50,576 nucleotides of DNA from Nemertoderma westbladi. Lineage: Eukaryota; Animalia; Xenacoelomorpha. The stretch is from contig JAUCBJ010001709.1 of assembly GCA_032718475.1 (NCBI GenBank), positions 1 to 50,576 of the forward strand. The letters are read 5' to 3'. The notes under the pieces were generated by a model. The model saw only the letters and a program-made list of their open reading frames with translations. It ran no database searches and had not been told where the DNA came from. Position 1 is the first letter of the stretch, and each line of letters starts with the position of its first letter. Below, piece by piece: positions 10,831 through 24,500 of the stretch. A program made the position numbers and the translations under genes.

Positions 10831-12534
10831 TTTTCTATGGTCATGCCCATCGGATGCCATAATGTCGCGTGGTCGCTGGCATTAGGTAAATCGCGATATT
10901 TCAAATAATGCGTAGTATATGTAGCTTCATCTCCATATCTTTGTATTCTTCAAACAATACATCTAGATTCCAATGGACTAATCGAGTTTTAATAAATCCA
11001 TCGAGATTATATGGAGGTATTACATCATTTTCTATTCTTGAAACATTATAAGGTTTTCTAAATGAGTTTACTTTAACCAATTGATCTAAGTGTTTTTGTA
11101 GTTGTTCGAGTTCAACAAGATCGAGGGAATTTATCAAGGGTAGAAACCTTAAATTATGTGTATGATCTTCGGGTTTCACCATATAATATTGAGTTAAATG
11201 GACATAATAGGGGTGATCTTTGATCCCGTAAAATGAGTTCTGTAAAGGTCTAGCGCATATGTTAACCTCGTGTACCATAATACGGACAAGATCCGCTCGA
11301 TTGTCCGGAGGTTCAATGAGCATACCGTCGACATGAGCAGCTTCGATTGGCGGACGTTGTAACATAGGAGCGTCAGCGATAAGATTTCTAGATCTTAAGT
11401 TGATATCAACCGGTTGAGGTTGTGCTGTCGCGAAGAGTTTATCTCAGAAATGAGGAACCATCGAAGGATGAATGATGGTTTTGGAATAGAGATCAGTTAT
11501 AAGTATTTGAGCTTCAGGTTGGGCTAAAGCTGCGTCTTCTCTCTTGTCCATTTCGATATGTTTCTCCTCGAGCTGATTCTCCTCCGCTTGTCTTTGAAAG
11601 CGTTCGTCTAAAAACTCTTGTAGCGAATTTGTACGTCCAAGTTCAATATCTTCCTCCAGATTCTTGATTTCACGATCGAACTGGGGTAAAGCTAATTCTT
11701 TTACCACTTGGACTTGTTGTTGCAATTTACGTTTGTCTAAACAATCGTAGGTTCCTTTTCCGATCTTTTGCCGAATCGCGTCCAGTGCGTTCCGTATAAC
11801 ACTTTCATCCACCTCGGTGACAGGTTGAATCGGAGTCAAACCGGACGATTATACGGGTTGAACGGAGATATTATATGTCCGCGTCCCAATCCGGCTAGGT
11901 AGGATGGGCGAATATCTAAAGAGCCCACAACCGGAGTGCCACCAACAAATTGTTCGGGTAACACCAGATCTTTGAACAATGAGTACAACTCAGGAGGATC
12001 CGTCATACTATTAGGGTCGAGAGTCTGCGGTCGCACTGGGGAATGAGGAGGTCTAACCGACTATTCCGGAACTCTGATCATAGGTTTACTCAAGGATCGT
12101 TTGAGTCGAGCGAGCGTAGGTGGTACATCGAACAAGTTTCGCTCAAAAGTCCCGTAAGTACAGCGAGTAAAACTGTGTTTAGCGCAACGTCCCGCCGATG
12201 TTTATGTCTTTCCGTTTGTTGATTGGGTCTAGGGCATTCGTCGCAGTAATACCAAAGACGCACGTCTTGTAAGGGAAACGCTGGCGATCTTTCTCCAGTT
12301 TTACAATATTCCTCCATCTGTTCGAAGCTATCCGGTACAACAGGTAGTGGTCGATCGGCGGTAAAATACATCATAGTAAAATACAGTCGTTTAAGTTCCA
12401 TCATGGGATTAGGATGTATACCTCGCTACTAAGATTCATAAACATTTTATCAGGTAAGTTTGTCATTTGTATGGCACCCCTAAAGAGACATGCAGAAAGG
12501 AAACATTTTTTCGGATCAACGATATTTTTTCTCT

Positions 12535-15500
12535 GCACAACTTAGTATCTTTTTAGAACAACCTAGTATCTTGTTCGGTCAACTTACCAAGTTGTACGCA
12601 CAACTTAGTATCTTTTGCGAACAACCTAGTATCTTGTTCGGTCAACTTACCAAGTTGTATGCACAACTTAGTATCTTTTTAGAACGACCTAGTATCTTGT
12701 TTGGTCAACTCACCAAGTTGTACGCACAACTTAGTATCTTTTGTGAACAACCTAGTATCTTGTTCGGTCAACTTACCAAGTTGTACGCACAACTTACTAT
12801 CTTTTTAGAACAACCTAGTATCTAGTTCGGTCAACTTACCAAGTTGTACGCACAACTTACTATCTTTTTAGAACAACCTAGTATCTTGTTCGGTCAACTT
12901 ACTAAGTTGTACGCACAACTTACTATATTTTTAGAACAACCTAGTATCTTGTTCGGTCAACTTACCAAGTTGTACGCACAACTTACTATCTTTTTAGAAC
13001 AACCTAGTATCTTGTTTGGTCAACTTACCAAGTTGTACGCACAACTTAGTATCTTTTTAGAACAACGTAGTATCTTGTTCGGTCAACTTACTAAGTTGTA
13101 CGCACAACTTACTATCTCTTTAGAACAACCTAGTATCTTGTTCGGTCAACTTACCAAGTTGTACGCACAACTTACTATCATTTTAGAACAACCTAGTATC
13201 TTGTTCGGTCAACTTACCAAGTTGTACGCACAACTTACTATCTTTTTAGAACAACCTAGTATCTTGTTCGGTCAACTTACCAAGTTGTACGCACAACTTA
13301 CTATCATTTTAGAACAACCTAGTATCTTGTTCGGTCAACTTACCAAGTTGTACGCACAACTTACTATCTTTTTAGAACAACCTAGTATCTTGGTCGGTCA
13401 ACTTACCAAGTTGTACGAACAACTTACTATATTTTTAGAACAACCTAGTATCTTGTTCGGTCAACTTACCAAGTTGTACGCACAACTTACTATATTTTTA
13501 GAACAACCTAGTATCTTGTTCGGTCAACTTACCAAGTTGTACGCACAACTTACTATATTTTTAGAACAACCTAGTATCTTGTTCGGTCAACTTACCAAGT
13601 TGTACGCACAACTTACTATCTTTTTAGAACAACCTAGTATCTTGTTCGGTCAACTTACCAAGTTGTACGAACAACTTACTATCTTTTTAGAACAACCTAG
13701 TATCTTGTTCGGTCAACTTACCAAGTTGTACGAACAACTTACTATCTTTTTAGAACAACCTAGTATCTTGTTCGGTGAACTTACCAAGTTGTACGCACAA
13801 CTTACTATCTTTTTAGAACAACCTAGAATCTTGTTCGGTCAACTTACCAAGTTGTACGAACAAATTACTATCTTTTTAGAACAACCTAGTATCTTGTTCG
13901 GTCAACTTACCAAGTTGTACGCACAACTTACTATATTTTTAGAACAACCTAGTATCTTGTTCGGTCAACTTACCAAGTTGTACGCACAACTTACTATATT
14001 TTTAGAACAACCTAGTATCTTGTTTGGTCAACTTACCAAGTTGTACGCACAACTTACTATATTTTTAGAACAACCTAGTATCTTGTTCGGTCAACTTACC
14101 AAGTTGTACGCACAAATTACTATCTTTTTAGAACAACCTAGTATCTTGTTCGGTCAACTTACCAAGTTGTACGCACAACTTAGTATCTTTTTAGAACAAC
14201 CTAGTATCTTGTTCGGTCAACTTACTGAGTTGTACGAACAAATTACTATATTTTTAGAACAACCTAGTATCTTGTTCGGTCAACTTACCAAGTTGTACGC
14301 ACAACTTACTATCATTTTAGAACAACCTAGTATCTTGTTCGGTCAACTTACCAAGTTGTACGCACAACTTACTATCTTTTTAGAACAACCTAGTATCTTG
14401 TTCGGTCAACTTACCAAGTTGTACGCACAACTTACTATCTTTTTAGAACAACCTAGTATCTTGTTCGGTCAACTTACCAAGTTGTACGCACAACTTACTA
14501 TATTTTTAGAACATCCTAGTATCTTGTTCGGTCAACTTACCAAGTGGTACGCACAACTTACTATCTTTTTAGAACAACCTAGTATCTTGTTCGGTCAACT
14601 TACCAAGTTGTACGAACAACTTACTATCTTTTTAGAACAACCTAGTATCTTGTTCGGTCAACTTACCAAGTTGTACGAACAACTTACTATCTTTTTAGAA
14701 CAACCTAGTATCTTGTTCGGTCAACTTACCAAGTGGTACGCACAACGTACTATCTTTTTAGAACAACCTAGTATCTTGTTCGGTCAACTTACCAAGTTGT
14801 ACGCACAAATTACTATATTTTTAGAACAACCTAGTATCTTGTTCGGTCAACTTACCAAGTTGTACGCACAACTTAGTATCTTTTTAGAACAACCTAGTAT
14901 CTTGTTCGGTCAACTTACTGAGTTGTACGAACAACTTACTATATTTTTAGAACAACCTAGTATCTTGTTCGGTCAACTTACCAAGTTGTACGCACAACTT
15001 ACTATCATTTTAGAACAACCTATTATCTTGTTCGGTCAACTTACCTAGTTGTACGAACAACTTACTATCTTTTTAGAACAACCTAGTATCTTGTTCGGTC
15101 AACTTACCAAGTTGTACGCACAACTTACCATCTTTTTAGAACAACCTAGTATCTTGTTCGGTCAACTTACCAAGTTGTACGCACAACTTACTATCTTTTT
15201 AGAACAACCTAGTATCTTGTTCGGTCAACTTACCAAGTTGTACGCACAACTTACTATCTTTTTAGAACAACCTAGTATCTTGTTCGGTCAACTTACCAAG
15301 TTGTACGAACAACTTACTATCTTTTTAGAACAACCTAGTATCTTGTTCGGTCAACTTTCCAAGTTGTACGCACAACTTACTATATTTTTAGAACAACCTA
15401 GTATCTTGTTCGGTCAACTTACCAAGTTGTACGCACAACTTACTATATTTTTAGAACAACCTAGTATCTTGTTCGGTCAACTTACCAAGTTGTACGCACA

Positions 15501-18500
15501 ACTTACTATATTTTTAGAACAACCTAGTATCTTGTTCGGTCAACTTACCAAGTTGTACGCACAACTTACTATATTTTTAGAACAACCTAGTATCTTGTTT
15601 GGTCAACTTACCAAGTTGTACGCACAACTTACTATATTTTTAGAACAACCTAGTATCTTGTTCGGTCAACTTACCAAGTTGTACGCACAAATTACTATCT
15701 TTTTAGAACAACCTAGTATCTTGTTCGGTCAACTTACCAAGTTGTACGCACAACTTAGTATCTTTTTAGAACAACCTAGTATCTTGTTCGGTCAACTTAC
15801 TGAGTTGTACGAACAACTTACTATATTTTTAGAACAACCTAGTATCTTGTTCGGTCAACTTACCAAGTTGTACGCACAACTTACTATCATTTTAGAACAA
15901 CCTAGTATCTTGTTCGGTCAACTTACCAAGTTGTACGCACAACTTACTATCTTTTTAGAACAACCTAGTATCTTGTTCGGTCAACTTACCAAGTTGTACG
16001 CACAACTTACTATCTTTTTAGAACAACCTAGTATCTTGTTCGGTCAACTTACCAAGTTGTACGCACAACTTACTATATTTTTAGAACAACCTAGTATCTT
16101 GTTCGGTCAACTTACCAAGTGGTACGCACAACTTACTATCTTTTTAGAACAACCTAGTATCTTGTTCGGTCAACTTACCAAGTTGTACGAACAACTTACT
16201 ATCTTTTTAGAACAACCTAGTATCTTGTTCGGTCAACTTACCAAGTTGTACGAACAACTTACTATCTTTTTAGAACAACCTAGTATCTTGTTCGGTCAAC
16301 TTACCAAGTGGTACGCACAACGTACTATCTTTTTAGAACAACCTAGTATCTTGTTCGGTCAACTTACCAAGTTGTACGCACAAATTACTATCTTTTTAGA
16401 ACAACCTAGTATCTTGTTCGGTCAACTTACCAAGTTGTACGCACAACTTAGTATCTTTTTAGAACAACCTAGTATCTTGTTCGGTCAACTTACTGAGTTG
16501 TACGAACAACTTACTATATTTTTAGAACAACCTAGTATCTTGTTCGGTCAAATTACCAAGTTGTACGCACAACTTATTATCATTTTAGAACAACCTATTA
16601 TCTTGTTCGGTCAACTTACCAAGTTGTACGCACAACTTACTATCTTTTTAGAACAACCTAGTATCTTGTTCGGTCAACTTACCAAGTTGTACGCACAACT
16701 TACTATCTTTTTAGAACAACCTAGTATCTTGTTCGGTCAACTTACCAAGTTGTACGCACAACTTACTATATTTTTAGAACAACCTAGTATCTTGTTCGGT
16801 CAACTTACCAAGTGGTACGCACAACTTACTATCTTTTTAGAACAACCTAGTATCTTGTTCGGTCAACTTACCAAGTTGTACGAACAACAACAACTTACTA
16901 TCTTTTTAGAACAACCTAGTATCTTGTTCGGTCAACTTACCAAGTTGTACGCACAACTTACTATCATTTTAGAACAACCTAGTATCTTGTTCGGTCAACT
17001 TACCTAGTTGTACGAACAACTTACTATCTTTTTAGAACAACCTAGTATCTTGTTCGGTCAACTTACCAAGTTGTACGCACAACTTACCATCTTTTTAGAA
17101 CAACCTAGTATCTTGTTCGGTCAACTTACCAAGTTGTACGCACAACTTACTATCATTTTAGAACAACCTAGTATCTTGTTCGGTCAACTTACCTAGTTGT
17201 ACGAACAACTTACTATCTTTTTAGAACAACCTAGTATCTTGTTCGGTCAACTTACCAAGTTGTACGCACAACTTAGTATCTTTTTAGAACAACCTAGTAT
17301 CTTGTTCGGTCAACTTACTGAGTTGTACGCACAACTTACTATCTTTTTAGAACAACCTAGTATCTTGTTCGGTCAACTTACCAAGTTGTATGCACAACTT
17401 AGTATCTTTTTAGAACAACCTAGTATCTTGTTTGGTCAACTCACCAAGTTGTACGCACAACTTAGTATCTTTTGTGAACAACCTAGTATCTTGTTCGGTC
17501 AACTTACCAAGTTGTACGCACAACTTACTATCTTTTTAGAACAACCTAGTATCTAGTTCGGTCAACTTACCAAGTTGTACGCACAACTTACTATCTTTTT
17601 AGAACAACCTAGTATCTTGTTCGGTCAACTTACTAAGTTGTACGCACAACTTACTATATTTTTAGAACAACCTAGTATCTTGTTCGGTCAACTTACCAAG
17701 TTGTACGCACAACTTACTATCTTTTTAGAACAACCTAGTATCTTGTTTGGTCAACTTACCAAGTTGTACGCACAACTTAGTATCTTTTTAGAACAACCTA
17801 GTATCTTGTTCGGTCAACTTACTAAGTTGTACGCACAACTTACTATCTCTTTAGAACAACCTAGTATCTTGTTCGGTCAACTTACCAAGTTGTACGCACA
17901 ACTTACTATCATTTTAGAACAACCTAGTATCTTGTTCGGTCAACTTACCAAGTTGTACGCACAACTTACTATCTTTTTAGAACAACCTAGTATCTTGTTC
18001 GGTCAACTTACCAAGTTGTACAAACAACTTACTATATTTTTAGAACAACCTAGTATCTTGTTCGGTCAACTTACCAAGTTGTACAAACAACTTACTATCT
18101 TTTTAGAACAACCTAGTATCTTGTTCGGTCAACTTACCAAGTTGTACAAACAACTTACTATATTTTTAGAACAACCTAGTATCTTGTTCGGTCAACTTAC
18201 CAAGTTGTACGTAGAACTTACTATCTTTTTAGAACAACCTAGAATCTTGTTCGGTCAACTTACCAAGTTGTACGCAAAACTTACTATCTTTTTAGAACAA
18301 CCTAGTATCTTGTTCGGTCAACTTACCAAGTTGTACGTAGAACTTACTATCTTTTTAGAACAACCTAGAATCTTGTTCGGTCAACTTACCAAGTTGTACG
18401 TAGAACTTACTATCTTTTTAGAACAACCTAGAATCTTGTTCGGTCAACTTACCAAGTTGTACGTAGAACTTACTATCTTTTTAGAACAACCTAGAATCTT

Positions 18501-21500
18501 GTTCGGTCAACTTACCAAGTTGTACGTAGAACTTACTATCTTTTTAGAACAACCTAGAATCTTGTTCGGTCAACTTACCAAGTTGTACGTAGAACTTACT
18601 ATCTTTTTAGAACAACCTAGAATCTTGTTCGGTCAACTTACCAAGTTGTACGCACAACTTACTATCATTTTAGAACAACCTAGTATCTTGTTCGGTCAAC
18701 TTACCAAGTTGTACGTAGAACTTACTATCTTTTTAGAACAACCTAGAATCTTGTTCGGTCAACTTACCAAGTTGTACGCAAAACTTACTATCTTTTTAGA
18801 ACAACCTAGTATCTTGTTCGGTCAACTTACCAAGTTGTACGTAGAACTTACTATCTTTTTAGAACAACCTAGAATCTTGTTCGGTCAACTTACCAAGTTG
18901 TACGTAGAACTTACTATCTTTTTAGAACAACCTAGAATCTTGTTCGGTCAACTTACCAAGTTGTACGTAGAACTTACTATCATTTTAGAACAACCTTGTA
19001 TCTAGTTCGGTCAACTTACCAAGTTGTACGTAGAACTTACTATCATTTTAGAACAACCTTGTATCTTGTTCGGTCAACTTACCAAGTTGTACGTAGAACT
19101 TACTATCTTTTTAGAACAACCTAGAATCTAGTTCGGTCAACTTACCAAGTTGTACGTAGAACTTACTATCTTTTTAGAACAACCTAGTATCTTGTTCGGT
19201 CAACTTACCAAGTTGTACGTAGAACTTACTATCTTTTTAGAACAACCTAGAATCTTGTTCGGTCAACTTACCAAGTTGTACGTAGAACTTACTATCTTTT
19301 TAGAACAACCTAGTATCTTGTTCGGTCAACTTACCAAGTTGTACGTAGAACTTACTATCTTTTTAGAACAACCTAGTATCTTGTTCGGTCAACTTACCAA
19401 GTTGTACGTAGAACTTACTATCTTTTTAGAACAACCTAGTATCTTGTTCGGTCAACTTACCAAGTTGTACGTAGAACTTACTATCTTTTTAGAACAACCT
19501 AGTATCTTGTTCGGTCAACTTACCAAGTTGTACGTACAACTTACTATCTCTTTAGAACAACCTAGTATCTTGTTCGGTCAACTTACCAAGTTGTACGTAG
19601 AACTTACTATCTTTTTAGAACAACCTAGTATCTTGTTCGGTCAACTTACCAAGTTGTACGTACAACTTACTATCTCTTTAGAACAACCTAGTATCTTGTT
19701 CGGTCAACTTACCAAGTTGTACGTAGAACTTACTATCTTTTTAGAACAACCTAGTATCTAGTTCGGTCAACTTACCAAGTTGTACGCACAACTTACTATC
19801 ATTTTAGAACAACCTAGTATCTTGTTCGGTCAACTTACCAAGTTGTACGTAGAACTTACTATCTTTTTAGAACAACCTAGTATCTAGTTCGGTCAACTTA
19901 CCAAGTTGTACGCACAACTTACTATCATTTTAGAACAACCTAGTATCTTGTTCGGTCAACTTACCAAGTTGTACGTAGAACTTACTATATTTTTAGAACA
20001 ACCTAGTATCTAGTTCGGTCAACTTACCAAGTTGTACGCACAACTTACTATCATTTTAGAACAACCTAGTATCTTGTTCGGTCAACTTACCAAGTTGTAC
20101 GTAGAACTTACTATCTTTTTAGAACAACCTTGTATCTTGTTCGGTCAACTTACCAAGTTGTACGTAGAACTTACTATCTTTTTAGAACAACCTAGTATCT
20201 TGTTCGGTCAACTTACCAAGTTGTACGCACAACTTACTATCATTTTAGAACAACCTAGTATCTTGTTCGGTCAACTTACCAAGTTGTACGTAGAACTTAC
20301 TATCTTTTTAGAACAACCTAGTATCTTGTTCGGTCAACTTACCAAGTTGTACGTAGAACTTACTATCTTTTTAGAACAACCTAGTATCTTGTTCGGTCAA
20401 CTTACCAAGTTGTACGTAGAACTTACTATATTTTTAGAACAACCTAGTATCTAGTTCGGTCAACTTACCAAGTTGTACGCACAACTTACTATCATTTTAG
20501 AACAACCTAGTATCTTGTTCGGTCAACTTACCAAGTTGTACGTAGAACTTACTATCTTTTTAGAACAACCTAGTATCTTGTTCGGTCAACTTACTAAGTT
20601 GTACGCATAAGTTACTATCTTTTTAGAACAACCTAGTATCTTGTTCGGTCAACTTACCAAGTTGTACGAACAACTTACTATCATTTTAGAACAACCTAGT
20701 ATCTTGTTCGGTCAACTTACCAAGTTGTACGAACAACTTACTATCATTTTAGAACAACCTAGTATCTTGTTCGGTCAACTTACCAAGTTGTACGTAGAAC
20801 TTACTATCTTTTTAGAACAACCTAGTATCTTGTTCGGTCAACTTACCAAGTTGTACGCACAACTTACTATCATTTTAGAACAACCTAGTATCTTGTTCGG
20901 TCAACTTACCAAGTTGTACGTAGAACTTACTATCTTTTTAGAACAACCTAGTATCTTGTTCGGTCAACTTACCAAGTTGTACGTAGAACTTACTATCTTT
21001 TTAGAACAACCTTGTATCTTGTTCGGTCAACTTACCAAGTTGTACGTAGAACTTACTATATTTTTAGAACAACCTAGTATCTAGTTCGGTCAACTTACCA
21101 AGTTGTACGCACAACTTACTATCATTTTAGAACAACCTAGTATCTTGTTCGGTCAACTTACCAAGTTGTACGTAGAACTTACTATCTTTTTAGAACAACC
21201 TAGTATCTTGTTCGGTCAACTTACTAAGTTGTACGCATAAGTTACTATCTTTTTAGAACAACCTAGTATCTTGTTCGGTCAACTTACCAAGTTGTACGAA
21301 CAACTTACTATCATTTTAGAACAACCTAGTATCTTGTTCGGTCAACTTACCAAGTTGTACGCACAACTTACTATCATTTTAGAACAACCTAGTATCTTGT
21401 TCGGTCAACTTACCAAGTTGTACGTAGAACTTACTATCTTTTTAGAACAACCTAGTATCTTGTTCGGTCAACTTACCAAGTTGTACGTAGAACTTACTAT

Positions 21501-24500
21501 ATTTTTAGAACAACCTAGTATCTAGTTCGGTCAACTTACCAAGTTGTACGCACAACTTACTATCATTTTAGAACAACCTAGTATCTTGTTCGGTCAACTT
21601 ACCAAGTTGTACGTAGAACTTACTATCTTTTTAGAACAACCTAGTATCTTGTTCGGTCAACTTACTAAGTTGTACGCATAAGTTACTATCTTTTTAGAAC
21701 AACCTAGTATCTTGTTCGGTCAACTTACCAAGTTGTACGAACAACTTACTATCATTTTAGAACAACCTAGTATCTTGTTCGGTCAACTTACCAAGTTGTA
21801 CGAACAACTTACTATCATTTTAGAACAACCTAGTATCTTGTTCGGTCAACTTACCAAGTTGTACGTAGAACTTACTATCTTTTTAGAACAACCTAGTATC
21901 TTGTTCGGTCAACTTACCAAGTTGTACGCACAACTTACTATCATTTTAGAACAACCTAGTATCTTGTTCGGTCAACTTACCAAGTTGTACGCACAACTTA
22001 CTATCATTTTAGAACAACCTAGTATCTTGTTCGGTCAACTTACCAAGTTGTACGTAGAACTTACTATCATTTTAGAACAACCTAGTATCTTGTTCGGTCA
22101 ACTTACCAAGTTGTACGTAGAACTTACTATCTTTTTAGAACAACCTAGTATCTTGTTCGGTCAACTTACCAAGTTGTACGTAGAACTTACTATCTTTTTA
22201 GAACAACCTAGTATCTTGTTCGGTCAACTTACCAAGTTGTACGTAGAACTTACTATCTTTTTAGAACAACCTAGTATCTTGTTCGGTCAACTTACCAAGT
22301 TGTACGTAGAACTTACTATATTTTTAGAACAACCTAGTATCTAGTTCGGTCAACTTACCAAGTTGTACGCACAACTTACTATCATTTTAGAACAACCTAG
22401 TATCTTGTTCGGTCAACTTACCAAGTTGTACGTAGAACTTACTATCTTTTTAGAACAACCTAGTATCTTGTTCGGTCAACTTACCAAGTTGTACGCACAA
22501 CTTACTATCATTTTAGAACAACCTAGTATCTTGTTCGGTCAACTTACCAAGTTGTACGTAGAACTTACTATCATTTTAGAACAACCTAGTATCTTGTTCG
22601 GTCAACTTACCAAGTTGTACGTAGAACTTACTATCTTTTTAGAACAACCTTGTATCTTGTTCGGTCAACTTACCAAGTTGTACGTAGAACTTACTATCTT
22701 TTTAGAACAACCTAGTATCTTGTTCGGTCAACTTACCAAGTTGTACGCACAACTTACTATATTTTTAGAACAACCTAGTATCTTGTTCGGTCAACTTACC
22801 AAGTTGTACGCACAACTTACTATCTTTTTAGAACAACCTAGTATCTTGTTCGGTCAACTTACCAAGTTGTACGTAGAACTTACTATCTTTTTAGAACAAC
22901 CTAGTATCTTGTTCGGTCAACTTACCAAGTTGTACGAACAACTTACTATCTTTTTAGAACAACCTAGTATCTTGTTCGGTCAACTTACCAAGTTGTACGA
23001 ACAACTTACTATCTTTTTAGAACAACCTAGTATCTTGTTCGGTCAACTTACCAAGTTGTACGAACAACTTACTATCTTTTTAGAACAACCTAGTATCTTG
23101 TTCGGTCAACTTACCAAGTTGTACGAACAACTTACTATATTTTTAGAACAACCTAGTATCTTGTTCGGTCAACTTACCAAGTTGTACGAACAACTTACTA
23201 TATTTTTAGAACAACCTAGTATCTTGTTCGGTCAACTTACCAAGTTGTACGAACAACTTACTATCATTTTAGAACAACCTAGTATCTTGTTCGGTCAACT
23301 TACTGAGTTGTACGAACAACTTACTATATTTTTAGAACAACCTAGTATCTTGTTCGGTCAACTTACCAAGTTGTACGAACAACTTACTATATTTTTAGAA
23401 CAACCTAGTATCTTGTTCGGTCAACTTACCAAGTTGTACGAACAACTTACTATCATTTTAGAACAACCTAGTATCTTGTTCGGTCAACTTACCAAGTTGT
23501 ACGAACAACTTACTATATTTTTAGAACAACCTAGTATCTTGTTCGGTCAACTTACCAAGTTGTACGAACAACTTACTATATTTTTAGAACAACCTAGTAT
23601 CTTGTTCGGTCAACTTACCAAGTTGTACGAACAACTTACTATATTTTTAGAACAACCTAGTATCTTGTTCGGTCAACTTACCAAGTTGTACGAACAACTT
23701 ACTATCATTTTAGAACAACCTAGTATCTTGTTCGGTCAACTTACCAAGTTGTACGAACAACTTACTATATTTTTAGAACAACCTAGTATCTTGTTCGGTC
23801 AACTTACCAAGTTGTACGAACAACTTACTATATTTTTAGAACAACCTAGTATCTTGTTCGGTCAACTTACCAAGTTGTACGAACAACTTACTATCATTTT
23901 AGAACAACCTAGTATCTTGTTCGGTCAACTTACCAAGTTGTACGAACAACTTACTATATTTTTAGAACAACCTAGTATCTTGTTCGGTCAACTTACCAAG
24001 TTGTACGAACAACTTACTATATTTTTAGAACAACCTAGTATCTTGTTCGGTCAACTTACCAAGTTGTACGAACAACTTACTATCATTTTAGAACAACCTA
24101 GTATCTTGTTCGGTCAACTTACCAAGTTGTACGAACAACTTACTATATTTTTAGAACAACCTAGTATCTTGTTCGGTCAACTTACCAAGTTGTACGAACA
24201 ACTTACTATATTTTTAGAACAACCTAGTATCTTGTTCGGTCAACTTACCAAGTTGTACGAACAACTTACTATCATTTTAGAACAACCTAGTATCTTGTTC
24301 GGTCAACTTACCAAGTTGTACGCACAACTTACTATCTTTTTAGAACAACCTAGTATCTTGTTCGGTCAACTTACCAAGTTGTACGAACAACTTACTATAT
24401 TTTTAGAACAACCTAGTATCTTGTTCGGTCAACTTACCAAGTTGTACGAACAACTTACTATATTTTTAGAACAACCTAGTATCTTGTTCGGTCAACTTAC

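Larger units (their letters stand above)
8685..12404 (-). pseudogene. Decayed intronless long ORF: Cys/His N-terminus, coiled coil, DEDDy 3'-5' exonuclease, CCHC zinc knuckles, basic tail; probably mobile-element encoded
   Basis: ORFs 11444-11839 and 10901-11365 share a frame across a single TGA. ORFs 9640-10404 and 8986-9507 share a frame across a single TAA. Other pieces join by frameshifts. Exonuclease motifs appear in the correct order across the fragments. The true ends are uncertain (the stop may be at 8986). Confidence 0.7.

Noticed and set aside
8685-12404. Viral or operon-like cluster of separate small genes with overlapping stops and starts
   Set aside because: Domains run across ORF boundaries and several neighbours are in frame across single stops, which fits one decayed ORF. 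All three stop codon types occur, which argues against an alternative genetic code.
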